NCBI GenBank assembly: GCA_003971905.1
Contig: RSEE01000163.1
Span: 1-64,000 of the forward strand
DNA: 64,000 bases
Direction of reading: 5' to 3'
Source of the DNA: Moniliella sp. 'wahieum'
Taxonomy: Eukaryota
The notes beneath the pieces are model-generated. The model saw only the letters and a program-made list of their open reading frames with translations. It did not search any database and was not told where the DNA came from. A program made the position numbers and the translations under genes. This document shows, piece after piece, positions 49,757-62,792 of the stretch (the stretch's first letter is position 1; each line of letters begins with the position of its first letter).

Positions 49757-52396
49757 CACGCTCCAATTTCCAATTCCGCATCCTGTGCATCTCGCTCTAC
49801 CCTTTCTCACTTGCTTTTTTGTTCCGTGTTGGACGCCTCTTGCTTCGTTCCGTGCACGATGCCGCCATTTTGTCCCCGTCTCTGGCTGGAGGTTGGTCTC
49901 CCTCTCGCTTCTCGCTGTTCCATGTTCCAGCCTATTACATTGCGTGTACAACTCGGACTCAGTGACTAATCGTATAGTGCATGATGTATGATGCACAGTT
50001 TAGTTGACTGCTGCTCAGCCTGAGCGTCCTGAGACTGAGCGGCTGTGCGGGGGTGGCTTCGCGTGGCTTTTGTGGCCCAGGCCCGACACAGGCCCCGAGC
50101 CGGCACCCAGCGGGGCGCGTCTCACACTGCGGTTTCGGAGTGACTAGTGACATGTGACACATCATGCATCATGCATGGTGTCACATGTCACAATGTCACT
50201 CAGCGGCTCCGCCTCCGTCAACCGACGCTTTCTATGCGTTAAGCCTTAGGCCCTTAGGCGTTATGGCCTGCGGCTGGTCAACTATGCTCAGCTTGAGCTC
50301 AACCGCCCAGCCTCTTTGCAAAGCGGGAAGAGACATGCACCCCCACGCCCCACGCCACATTATGCTACGCGTATCAACTACCGGCTGTCTAGCGCCCACG
50401 GCACGTGTGACATGTGATGCATGATGCATGATGCATCTTCGCCCGTGGATATCTACGTTTGTGTGTGTTGGATCCACCGAACGAGATATAGGGGGGACAC
50501 GTGGGTTGTGACCGCAGAACATGCAGCAGAAGTGGGTATCACGTATATCACGACGAGACGCCGCCAGCCACGCGTGCGGTTGCCAATCCACAATCTCCCT
50601 CGGCCACATCCTCCACCTCAGATTTTCCCCGTCGGCACTGAACAACGTTGAACGTCCGCCCTCCTACCTTTTCTGCACAACAGCGCAACTTATAGGGAAG
50701 CTAATAAAGGATGAGATCTGAGAGTGACAGAGTCCCATACATTCACACAAATTAGGTTGCAATTACATGCGTTACAGCTCGCTTGAAGCTTGACGAGTCA
50801 CATGTCACATCAGCGACTACTTCTCTGGAATACTTAATCTCTCTTCTCTGCCCGAGGCATGCAATTAACAGCTTATATGCAACACGGCAAATGGAAATTC
50901 ACGCCAAGATGCACCTCATCAAACTAATGCTTCACTTCACGTTATGTTCTCCAAGGAAATTCAGCTCTGTGAGCATTGCAGTTCTCCCGCGTGTTTCAAT
51001 CACCTGCGCACTGAGAAAGTTCATTGATTTTGAGGGCACTTTGGGGTCAGTGGAAGGGGGGAGAGGGGAGTGGTGGATTCTTGGCGTCGTCGCAGTATGT
51101 AGCGCATTTACTATCTGAGTAGTAAAACAGAAAAGGCTACTACGGCCGTGATAATTATAACTGTTGTGATGATGAACTTTCTCACCAAGCCTCATCATGC
51201 ATCATGCATCAGGACATCTTCTTCGCGTCACGCGTCACTAGCGTCACTAGCGTCACTCCCAATTCCAAACCTACCTCCCTGCTTTCCCTCTTCGATGTTA
51301 TTCCTTGTGCTGTGATTGATTGACTTTATCTATAGAGTTCCACGGCTCTCCGCAGCTCATCTATAGCCTCTTGGGAGATAAGCACTAAGCACTAAGCATT
51401 AAGCGCTAAGATCTATAAGAGCTAAGAAGGGCCCAGATGAGACAATGATATGAGGGGGTGGCAACAATTTAAAACAGCAACTTCATATCACCAACAAACA
51501 CGTCGAACACATCTAATACACCAGTGAGAACGACGGGGCCACCGGCATGTCGCCATTTTGCCACACTGTTGGTGGGGCCGCCGGCGACGTAAACCTAAGC
51601 CTAACATGTAACAGCATACGTTTACAGACGGAGCCTTACAGACGAAGGCTTAGTCGTAAAGTACTAAGGAAATGCACATAGTAGGACAGGCAAAGAGAGA
51701 GGACGCATGGCACGTAGTTGTGGGTGTATATCAGCACGTATCCATCCTCAATCTCATTTTTGACGGTGGGCGGGCCTGGAAAGACGGTATATATGTACCG
51801 GTGCGCCCAGTGTATGGGTTGAGCCGGGGGGTTTCGTACCTTCAGGGGAGTGCGCCAGCGTCGAGCGAGCGAGGATGAGGTTGTTGTCGCACGAGGGGCT
51901 GCATTCAGCGTCCAAGCTGGAGTCCTAGTACCTGGTGCTTTATATGGTGCTAGTAGCAGTCATGCTGAGGTATCGGACGAAGTAATAAGGGTGTTGTGGT
52001 GCTTCCAATTTGACGGGATAAGGGTGTACAGTTGTTTGCACCTCTTGCCATTGTTTCGGACTGATCTCGCACCCATTTCCATTTCGTTTTGTTTTGGGCA
52101 TATCTCGCTCTTGCCACTGGTTCTTCCGCGTTTGGCCCTGCTTCTGATCTTGCTTCTTCCCGAATTAAGATGGACCGTATAGGCTGTTCAACTCCACATT
52201 GCGCGGCCACAGACGGAAATAACTGTATCATTCGGGACTAGACGAGGGAGACCAACCAGTCTTATCGTCAGAGACGGGGGAAATGGAAAGATCATTCGTG
52301 GGAGAGGAATCAGAAGGCATCTCGGGCAGGGAACAGAAGCAAAAAGGAAAGGAAAGAGCGAGATACACGGGATGCAGAATTGGAAATTGGAGCGAG
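49757..52396. repeat. Imperfect inverted repeat; arms ~49757-49905 and ~52242-52396
   Basis: CGCTCCAATTTCCAATTCCGCATCCTGTGCATCTCGCTCT matches the reverse complement of AGAGCGAGATACACGGGATGCAGAATTGGAAATTGGAGCG. The blocks CCCCGTCTCTG and GGTTGGTCTCCCTC are also shared. Confidence 0.85.
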
Positions 52397-54684
52397 CTTA
52401 GCCATTTAGTTACAGGCCCAAAACCCTTTCACTCCTCTATTGTAGTAAGAGACCACTTGCATCACGATCCATCCCACAGAGACCACGATGAAAAGAAAGT
52501 AGTGCTGCGATACGTGAGGCCGACCTGAGTATATTTCCCTCATGAAGCTGAGAAAAGCCAACGCACGATGAGCACTGGTTGCGAATGGGTTTTTCTTGTG
52601 GGGGTGCCTCTCAGATCTCAGATCTCTTCATCTCTCCCACACGTTTGTCATGGCACACACAATGGGTCTCTTGATTAATGAATTCGCCACTGGTGTGATT
52701 GGTGGGGGGATATGTAATTCATTCATCAGCTGTTTGTTCATTCAATTTGTCAGTACTCAGTACCTCAACGGTATACCTCAGTATACTCTCGTGTTCACAT
52801 GTCACGGTATATCACAACGGGCTGAGGCGGGGCAGGCTTGGCACGCAGCCAACCAACAGGTTTTATCGATTCTTGGCAATCCTTTGTGAAGGTGATCAAA
52901 TGGGTGGAGTTGGAGCGCCTATCAACAGGCCATCCATCCCTCTGACCTGATTGGCCAGGTCTTTCAGGGCACGGCTAGTGAACGACTGGAGTCTAGTCTA
53001 GTCAAGATCCAGATCATCGCATGTGCATCATGCATCATGCATCATGCATGCCCATTAACCACACGATATCCATCCATGCATCAGTTCAAACCGGTTACGT
53101 CATGCGCGTCATGAGTGAATTGATGATGGTGTTGAAATGTTGGGGCTTACGATTAGCCGTAAGGCTTACGCACGAAGCACCTGCGCCTCTATGGTGCAAT
53201 GCTCGAACTCAGGCGTTCGCGTTCGGCAAGGAAGCCTGGATTGAGTTCAAATCAGCCTCACATCTCACAGGCTCAGCGACTAACAATCATGTCACCTGTC
53301 TAAAACGCTCAGCCTGAGTGCTGGCTCAGCGGCTCACGCTCAAAGCTCAAATTCAAAGTGCCTCGAAACCCGAATTCTTAACTCTGGTATCTCTCCTGGT
53401 ATCGATCGAGTATCTCTGACATCAGAGAAACGGGGTGGATGATCGGTTCCCAAGAAGCTCTCGCAGAAGCTCTTGGAGGTTGCGTACTCAGACTGAGTAA
53501 CTGAGGACCGAGCTCGGAGTACTCGAGTACGTTGGGTTCGTTGATCGTGGCTGGCGATCCTGGTGGTCGGTGCGTTCCTTCAAAGCCCCCTACCTTCGGA
53601 ACAAATATATAGTTTTGATGAACATAGAACTTGAAGCTTGAAGCTTGAATGTTGAACGTTTGAACGGTGCGTACTGCGTCGACCGGGAGAGGGTGTGTGA
53701 GGATGCAGGATGGTTCCTTTGCTCCCCCACGCCAGCGACGTGTGGTCGCCGGTCGGACGGCATGGACTGGGATGGGGCCTGGGGACGGTCGGTCACCGGT
53801 CACCGGTGCTATGTCCCATGTCCCATGATGCATGATCGATCCATGATCCATGTGCCATGGATGGGTGCGCAGATGGAGCTGGGAGAATGCGCTGGTGTGT
53901 GCGGTGCCACTGTGCCCCGAGGAAATGTGACGGTGACCGGTGACGCGTGAGGGCTGAGTCTCAGGCGCCATGCATCATGCATCACATGCGCATGTCGCAT
54001 GTCACACGCTGAGTTGCAGAACACAGAAGGTGGGCTCCCAACCATAAAACACTGGCGCCACACCAGCGGGAATTCCAACCAACGGAGCTGCGGCAGCGGC
54101 GGGCGCTGCCTGGTCGCGGTGGGCCAGCCGCGTGCTGCGCTGGGCCTGAGCCTGACGCGGGACCCTGTGGCATCTAGCCATCACGCACGAGCCCTGTGCT
54201 CCTGCTCAGCGCTCGGCGCTCGCCCCGTGCCGCCGCGTGCTACACGTGTGTCAGGCACCGGCGCCCACTCTTGAATATTGACGTGGTCATCTGCCTTGCA
54301 ATGCCCGCACCACAGCGCAGCCCAAGCCACGCGAGCGGTGACACGGGCTCAGCGTTGCTAGCACTAGCACTGCTCACCGCTCCAGTGTCCCTGGGCAGCC
54401 TCCTCCGTGGGTGATGCGTGGCGAAGCGTGATGCTTTTTTGGTGCAGCGCGCATTTTGGTATTTGGGCTCGGGACAGCCGGCAGGTGGGACGGATTCGGC
54501 CTCGGACCGACCCTCCTCCAGCTTGAGGTAGCCTCCCCCGCCACCACCAACCACCCCCCCCCCCCTCGTTCGCCTGCCTCCCCTCCCTCTCGCCTTCCCC
54601 ACCACCGCCGCCGTCCTTCGCCTCCTCTCCTTATTCTCTCCTCTGCCTTGCGGTGCCTATCAGCCCTGCCCTGTTTCCCATCCC

Positions 54685-56875
54685 ATGTCCTCGCCCGAAC
54701 CCATCCCCATCTCCACGGTGGGCACCAGCGGCAGCGGCAGCACCAGCCCGCCTGCTGGCTGCGACGTTCCTCCTCTTTACCGCCGCGCCTCGATTCTTGA
54801 CACGTTGACGATACCCATGAGTTTCGGAGTGGGTTCGCTCGGAGTGGCGCCCATGTCGTTTTCCAACTCGTACGCACGCTCTCCCTTTGCGACGGGCCAG
54901 TCGTTCCGGTTCTACGCTGCGGACCCCTCGGCCTCCTCCTGGCGCGGCGGGACGGAGGGCTTTGGGTCGACCGGCATGGCCATGTCGTTTGACCGCGACG
55001 GGATGATTGAGTACGTACTTTTCTCTCTCTGCTGTGCTGGTGCGCTGTGCGCCTTGGCAAGCTCCGTGGCTGACGGTAGGTTTTGGTTTTGGTTTTGGTT
55101 TTGGTTTTGGTTTTGGTTTTGGTTTTACTTGTGCATCCAGCCCGTTTGATACGTTCAAGTGGGATGGTACGCTGGCCCCGGACGCGGCCGGTGTGGCGCC
55201 CGGGTCGTTCGGGCCCGACCACCTCGAATCCCGATTTTGCCGCAACTTTACCTGCTGTGGCGTGGCGCTGGCGGACCTGCACGACCTGCTGCAGCACTAC
55301 GAGGAACAGCACGTTGGGCTGGACGAGGCGGAGGAGGAGGCGGTGCCTGGGATGGTGCTGGACGATGGCAGTTCCGACCATTCTTCCGGCAGCTCCAACC
55401 CGTCTAGCCCGGCGGCGCAGGCGGCGTTGGCCGCATCGCATAACCCCGCGCGATCGCGTCCGGGATGGACCAACGTCGCTGCCCTGGCCGCGAGCAGCCA
55501 GCGCAAACGTACCTTCCACGGCTTCCCATCTGGCCTCCCTCCCACCGCCCCGGCCGCACCGTGGGGCGGGATGCGGGCTGGGCCCGGCCCGCCCGCGCCG
55601 GCTCGCCCTTTGCTGGCGCGCCGACCGAGGACGCAGCAGCCGGCGAGGCACTCTTGGCCGGGCCCGGGCCGTTTGGCGGCTTGTCGGTCGGGGCCACGGC
55701 GGCGGCGGCGGACGAGGTGAGCCAGCTGCCGTCCTGTGCCCCGCCCAATCTGTTTTTCCCTGCGACGGGTGCGCAAGCGCAAGCGCAAGCACAAGCTCTA
55801 GCTCTAGCTCAAGCTCAAGCTCAAGCGCACGCCCCCGCCATCCCACCGCCCCGGTCCAGACGACGCTGGGCGCCAGCGCACTGGCAGTGGGCACACCGCT
55901 GGGTCTGGCGCGACGGCTTGTCGTCCCAGTGGCTCGCCGCGTGCGCCCGGTAGCGCCGACTCTTGCGCCCTGTTCGATCCGTCTAGCGCTACGGCCCCCG
56001 CCGGGCGGGGGGACAAGCCGTTCAAGTGCCCGTCAGTCGGGTGCGACAAGGCGTACAAGCAGATGAATGGGCTCAAGTACCATCGGGTGCACGGGCAATG
56101 CAACCAGAACCTGCTCGTGCCTCTCGCCCCGGCGGCGGGGGCACAGGCGCCCCCCTGCTCCACTGGGATCGGCAGCGCTAGGCCCGGGCACGGGTCCCGC
56201 CCCTGCTCTGCCCGCGGCGGCGGCTGCACGCGGTGCGAGTGGAGCGACCAAGACGGGGGCTGAGGCTCAGCTGCCAGCCGCACTGCTTTCTGCCCGCCCG
56301 TGGTCCGGGCCGGGCGTAGTGAACCAGCAGGCCAGCGGTCCCGGTGCCACTCCGACCGGCTTGACCAGCGGCGCCTCCCCCTCCGCCGTGGCTCGGGCGC
56401 CGTGTCCGCCAGGAGCGGCTGCGGCGGTGCCGGCGCGACGGGTGTGCCGTTGGATCCGGGCTCGCTGTACGTGTGCCAGGTGGGCGAGTGTGGCAAGACG
56501 TACAAGAATTTGAATGGGCTGCGGTACCATTACTTGCATTCGGGTTCGCACGGTCTGTTGGGGCTGCAAGTGTTGCATGCGCATGGCGGTGGCAGTTCGG
56601 CCAAGAAGGGCGCAGATGGGAGGGCGGTGGTGTCGACGTGGACGTTGGCGCCGGAGGAGGTGGCAAGGGCAGCACGCTTGGCAGCTGAGATGCAGGCTAA
56701 CAAGCCTAGTGTCAGTCAGCGCACCGTGGAGATGATCCAGGCCCAGGCCTTGGCCGGCGGTGGGCCCGGGCACAACCATAAGCAAGCGCAGGAGATGCAG
56801 GCCATCGTCGATGCCGATACCGCACCACAGTTTGATGCGATGGACTTGGACCTGGATACCGCCATGGGCGAATAG
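54685..56875 (+). CDS. SFP1: Sfp1-family split C2H2 zinc-finger transcription factor; intron at ~55011-55140
   Basis: LESRFCRNFTCCGVALADLHDLLQHYEEQH; KPFKCP..GCDKAYKQMNGLKYHRVHGQC; YVCQVGECGKTYKNLNGLRYH. Confidence 0.93.
55079..55126. repeat. (GGTTTT)8 microsatellite inside the SFP1 intron
   Basis: Read directly. Confidence 0.9.
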
Positions 56876-58100
56876 TCCGTCGCAGGTCGCGCTGTCGCGC
56901 TGCTGCAGCGCGAGCGTTGTCCCCCCCCCCCCCGCGCCCCTGTTTCTTTCCGGGTGGAGGGGGGCGTATGTCTCCGTGGCGTTCTTGCGTGGGTTGGCTC
57001 GCTGCTTGCCGCCCCCCCCTGTTGTTTTCTTGTTTGGATGGGCCCTGCACCTCGTGTCCGCCCTTGTCTTGTCCTTCTTTCTATGCGCCTCTACTTCAAC
57101 CGCCCACTTGAACCGCTATCCTTCGTTGAAACTCTAGAAAAAAAGCTCTCACGTTGTTGTCTCTCGTACCCCCCCCCCCCCAACCACACCACCACCATCT
57201 TGATCATCGTCCCCACCATGTATCGACGGTCGACCGTCGCCATCCGGCGCTCTTCATCATCTCGACCGTCATTTCCATCCTCATTCTCATCTTGATCCTC
57301 ATCCTCATCGTCATCATATTCCTTTTGATCGCCCTCCCCACGCACCCGTTTAATGATCGTTGTTGCTCCGTTTTGTTGATGCGGCACTGGTAGTATCCGT
57401 TGCGCTCCGCATCCCCCACCGCATGGTGCCTACGGTGTGAGTGTATGTTGATGGATTATTGTGTTTGGGGCTGTGTGCGTTGGGGGTTGAGTTTGCAGCG
57501 CCGTAGTCTGTATCGCTTGTAGGTGGGTGTTGGGCTGTGGGCGTGGTGCGCTTGCTGGTGTGTCGCTGGGCCAGGGTGCTGGCGGTGGGCAGAGAGGCGT
57601 GGGGCGGCGGCAGTTCAGAGGGAGGCCGAGGCATCTTTGGCTGGGAGCAAAGCGAACTGAACGATCAGCCACCAGCGATCCTCATCCATCACTGCCAGAT
57701 CGACCGCAGCCACACACGGATCAAATACTCATCGTGCTGATCGATGGCAGCGCACGAAGAGTGTGAAACGTTCACCAGGCGGAACCAGGCGGAACCACCG
57801 CCACCCGCGCAGTGCTGCGCATCGCCCCCTGCAGCTGCCTGCATGCTGCATGCGCGGGCCCTGCGCGCTGACGTGGCACATGCCATGCGCCAACCCTAAC
57901 CCACCCGCGCCAGCCAGCGCCCGCCAGCCCCTCCCCGCCCAGCGCCCAGCCAAGTGGGGCGCACACATCGCATTGGTCATCTCATCTCATCGCAGCCCAT
58001 CGCATCCCATCGCCATCGCATCTCCACCTCCATCTCCGTCTCCATCTCCATCTCCACCTCCTCCACCCCCACCCCCACCCCCTCCCCTCCCCCACCCGCC

Positions 58101-61100
58101 ATGGCGCCCGCTACGGGAGCGCCGCCGCTGGCCGAGCCCTCGCCCGCCTACCCCGCCCTCGCTGCGCTCCAGGCCGACATGGCCCATGCCAAGGCGCAGG
58201 CGCAGGGCCCCGCCGAGGCGTATGCACCCCTCCCGCCCCACCGGGCCCCCATACCCCCCGCACCACCACCAGCCTCCGCCGCCCCAGCCGCATGCTCACC
58301 ACCACCACCACCATTACTCCGCTCCCCTGCCGACGTCCGCCTCGATGCCCCTGCCTGCTTCTGCCCGCGACGTGCCCGTGCCCGTGCCGGTGCCTGTGCC
58401 GGTGCCCATGCCCGATCCACGCGACCGTGACCGCCCGCGCGAACGCGAGCTGCCCCGTGCTCGGACCGAGAGCGCCGAGGACGGCGTATGATTGGCGACT
58501 ATGTCCTGGGCAAGACGCTAGGCGCCGGGTCGATGGGCAAGGTGAAGCTGGCGGTCAAGATGTCGACGGGGGAAAAAGTAGGCATCAAGATCATCCCGCG
58601 CTACACGTCGGTAGCAGCAGCGCAGCAGGTTGCCGCCAAGGCGGCGGCACGCAATCCGGATGGGACGCCGCTGCTCGACTCGCATGGGCGCCCCTACGTG
58701 GCGCCGACAACGTCGTACATGCTCAAGGCCAAAGCCAAGGACGAATCCAAGGAGGTGCGCACCACGCGCGAGGGATCCTTGCAGCTCTTGCTCCACCATC
58801 CTTATGTGTGTGGCATGCGGGAGATGATTGTACAGCCCAACCACTACTACATGGTGTGCGAGTACGTTAATGGCGGTCAGTTGCTCGACTACATCATTGC
58901 CCATGGCCGCCTCCGAGAACGGGCAGCACGCAAGTTTGCCCGCCAGATCGCCTCGGCGCTCGAGTACTGCCACCGCAACTCGGTCATCCATCGTGGTATG
59001 TACCTTTTCATGTTGGGCTTTCTTCCTTGGCCCGCCGCGGTGCAAGCGAATGCGCCTGGATTCCCCGCAGGCACGCCTTAGCCACCTGAACTGACCCTGT
59101 TTTTGTTTCGTGCTCACCAGACCTCAAGATTGAAAACATTCTCATCTCCAAGTCGGGAAATATCAAGATTATTGACTTTGGACTATCCAACCTCTATTCG
59201 CCCCACGGCAACTTGACGACCTTTTGTGGTTCGCTCTACTTTGCCTCGCCAGAGCTGCTCAACGCAAAGCTCTACACGGGCCCGGAAGTGGATGTATGGT
59301 CGTTTGGCGTGGTGCTGTTTGTGCTGGTGAGCGGCAATGGTACCGTTTGACGACCAATCCATGCCGGCCTTGCACGCCAAGATCAAGAAGGGCGTGGTTG
59401 AATACCCTCCCTGGCTCTCGGCCGAATGCAGGCACTTGCTTTCGCGCATGCTCGTTGTCAATCCCCACCAGCGGGCTACGATGACCGAGCTGCTCAACCA
59501 TCCCTGGATGAACAAGAACTACGAGCGGCCACCAGATGTGCATATGCCCAAGCGGCAGCCCTTGCGCGTGTCCGACCTGGATCCGAGCGTAATTGAAGCC
59601 ATGACCGGCTTTGACTTTGGTCCGTCCGACCAGATCGAGACCCAGTTGACCCAAATCCTTACTTCGGATCTGTACCTCTCCACCCTGGCTGCATGGGAAG
59701 TGTACCATGGGCTTCGCACGCCAGAATCGGTCCCGGAACATTTGAGGGATGTTGGCTCGGCCCTTGCGCCTACCGCTCCTGGCCCTGGCGCGTTGGCCGA
59801 CGGCACGGCGAAGCTTCCCAAGAAGGAGAAAGAAGCGCCACCTCTCTTTGCACCGCAACCTCTCCTCGCGCCACTCCACCTCCGCCGTGCGGGCCGTCGG
59901 GCGCCGAATTGGGCCGGGGAGCCAGCACGGGCAGTCCGGGTCCTTCCAAGCGCTTTTCCGGCATTGACTTTTACCGCCGCAAAGCCAACTCGCTCTTTGG
60001 CGGGAATACCAAGGAGGATGTGTCGCTTTCGTCGCAGGCCCAGGCCTTGGCTGCCGCCTCGGCCAACGCGGGCGGCACGGGCGGGCTGGGTCCGATGGGA
60101 ACCAAAATGGTCGTTGGCCCTGGGGGCGGGTGGCGATGCCGCTGGACCCGCTCAATGCGTACCACCCGCTCTTGTCCGTGTACTTTTTGGTGCGGAAAAG
60201 CAAGCGCGGGAGCGGCTGTATGGCGAAAACTTCTTTGCTTCTCCAATGCCTCCCTTTTGGAACAGCAGGCCCGGGCAGCGCATGCTCCGGATGCGCCTTT
60301 GAATGCGGCCACGGTGCCACCCAAGATGCCACCGTTGCTGCCCGAGCAACTGCCCACTCGTTTCTCCGCTTCCCCTTCTCCGCTCCTGGGCCTTCGGGCG
60401 CGTCGCCTGGCTCGCTGGGTCTTGGTGCCCCCCCTCGTTCGGCTTTGCCCACCACCGCCGACATTCCCGAGGATTCCGTCCTGCCTGCCTCGGCCGCCAC
60501 CGTTCCCAAGCGTTCCGTCTCGCTGTCCGAGCGGAGAGAGGCGTCTTCGATGGGTGCCGCCCCTCGCCGCACCCGTCTCTCCATGTCGGCCGCAACGCGA
60601 CGGGACGCTGTTCTTGCTCACCGTGCCGCCGTTGCGGCGGCGGCGGGAGGTGCGATGGCCGAAGCGTCGTCCGAGCCCTCGGCTTCGGACGCTGCCGATG
60701 CAGAAGCTGAAGCTGAAGCGGAAGCTGAAGATGAGAGTCGACCACTTGTGCGCCCGTCTACGGCCACCGCGCCCACTCGTCCCTTATCGGTCTTGGTGGC
60801 CAAACCGTCAATGGGGCGGGAGGCGGAGGAAACCGGTCCGATGCCTGTGCCCCGCTTCAAGCCGGCGAGACCAAAGTGCCTCTGTCCCGGACCACGGCCA
60901 CATCCACGACGGTGTGCGACCGCACGAGGCAACGCCGATCCATACTTCGGACGGAGTGTTTTCACCTGCGCCAGTCGTGGCTACCACCACGTCGCCCGTT
61001 CCGGAAGGGGAGGATGATGGTGCGCTGTCGCCGTCGGGGACGGTGGTTGAGGCGCCCGCGGCAGCTGAGACGCCCTCGCGTGCTCCTACGCTCTTGGCCC

Positions 61101-62792
61101 CGCGGCCTGTGCATGGCACGCCGACGCCTAGCACGCCGACGCAGCACCGGCATGGCCTGTCGGGTCTGAGCCGACGGTTTAGCCAGCTAGTCACGCGCTC
61201 CCCGAGCGTGCCCTTGGCTGGCTCGACGCCAGTCGCGCAAGCTGACAAGGACGAAAAGAAGGCGCGCCAACGTCTGTCTGCTGCGGGCCTTGGGTTGCTG
61301 CATCGCAAGGGCGCCACCACCCAGGTCCAACGGGCACCCCGCCTGCCACCCCGCCCGAACTCGTACCCGGTTCCACCCACGGCTCCCGCATCCACTCGAG
61401 CAAGGATGGCTCGGCAGTCACCTCGACCCGCTCCTCTCGTCTGCTGGAGCACGAGAGGGCAGAGAAAGAGGAGGCTGGTGTGGTGGCGACGCCTACCAAG
61501 CCGTCGTCGTCGGCTGCGCCTGCACCTGCGCCTGCACCTGCGTGCGCTGCGCCCACGGCCACGCCCACCAGCGGCGGCTTGTTGGCGCCCGATCCGGTGG
61601 GCTTGGACGAGCGGGAAAAGAGTCCGGTACGAAGGGTGAGCCAGTTCATTTCGCCGCGCCGCCTGTCGCGCGACTTGACGCGGCGACCGCATCGGTCTGC
61701 GTCGGCGGCGCCTGCGCAGATGCTCAATGGGCCACGACACGCCCTCCACGCCGCCGCCTGGACGGCGGGGCGGGGGCAAAGTGCGTGCGTCGTCACCTTC
61801 GCCATCTACCTCTCCTGTGCCTGGTGCGCGTGCGGGGGGGCGACGGGGAGTGCGTCGCGTCCGAGCACGACGGAGCGCAAGGGCTTGGCCACGTCGTTTG
61901 CCAACCTGTTTTTCTCAAGGGCTTGTTCTCCGTCAGCACCACGTCGACCAAGTCACGCGACAAGATCCACCATACGCTCGTCAACACGCTCGATGCGCTC
62001 GGCGTGCAGCACCGCGAAATTCGTGGCGGGTACGAGTGCACCTATGTCGTGCCCTTGGGCGAGCGCGCCGAGGCGGGCAAGGGCGATGCTCATATTCATA
62101 CGGGCTCACATGCCTTCCGCTCGACCTTGTTGGACTCGCACCCTGCTCCTGCCCCTGCTTCTGCTCCTGCACCTGCTCCTGCCACTCCTGCTCCCGCTAC
62201 ATCTACATCTACCTCTGCGCCCGCTCCCACACCGACGGCAACGGCGACACCCACGCCCCCCGCGGAACCGGCGCGCAAACCGTCCCGCCGCTCCTTTACG
62301 TCCAAGAAAGCCGAGGAGGTCAAGGGCGAGACGGGTGGGCCCGAGGCGGGACCGCGGTCGCGCGCCTCGTCCATGCTCGGCACGATGCCGGGCCCCAGTC
62401 CCGCGCGTGGCCCGACGCGCATGGCGAGCGAAAATGGCCTGAGCCGGTCCGACTCGCACCCGATGGCCACGTTGCGGGAAGAAGGGCAGGCGGGTGCCCA
62501 GACGGGTACCCAGACGGGTACCCAGACGGGCGACGGCGAAGGCGAAGCGGAAGCGGACGAGACGGAAGGCGAAGCGGACGAGGAGGAAGACGAAGAGTTG
62601 GCTGCGGCCGGGATGGGGTTGGGCTTGGACGCGGCCCAGGCGGACGTGGTAGCGCGCACAGTCAAGTTTGAGATCTTTGTGGTGCGGGTCCCGCTGCTGG
62701 GCGTCAAGGGCTTGCAGTTCCGTAAAGTGGCCGGCAACCCGTGGCAGTACCAACGCCTCGCGACCCAGATCCTCGCCACGGCCAAGTTATGA
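58101..62792 (+). CDS. KIN1: Kin1/Kin2 (PAR-1/MARK) Ser/Thr kinase with a C-terminal KA1 domain; intron at ~58996-59120; frameshifted
   Basis: [149 protein letters not shown]. Confidence 0.95.

Noticed and set aside
55079..55126. (GGTTTT)n as an interstitial telomere
   Set aside because: It is not TTAGGG, it lies in an intron, and similar hexamer microsatellites (GGGATG at ~8915, GGGAAT at ~19310) are common here.
7017..62792. Frameshifts in nearly all genes suggesting mass pseudogenisation or programmed frameshifting
   Set aside because: They hit housekeeping genes indiscriminately, and the rRNA also shows 1-nt deletions in homopolymers. This pattern is typical of unpolished long-read consensus.
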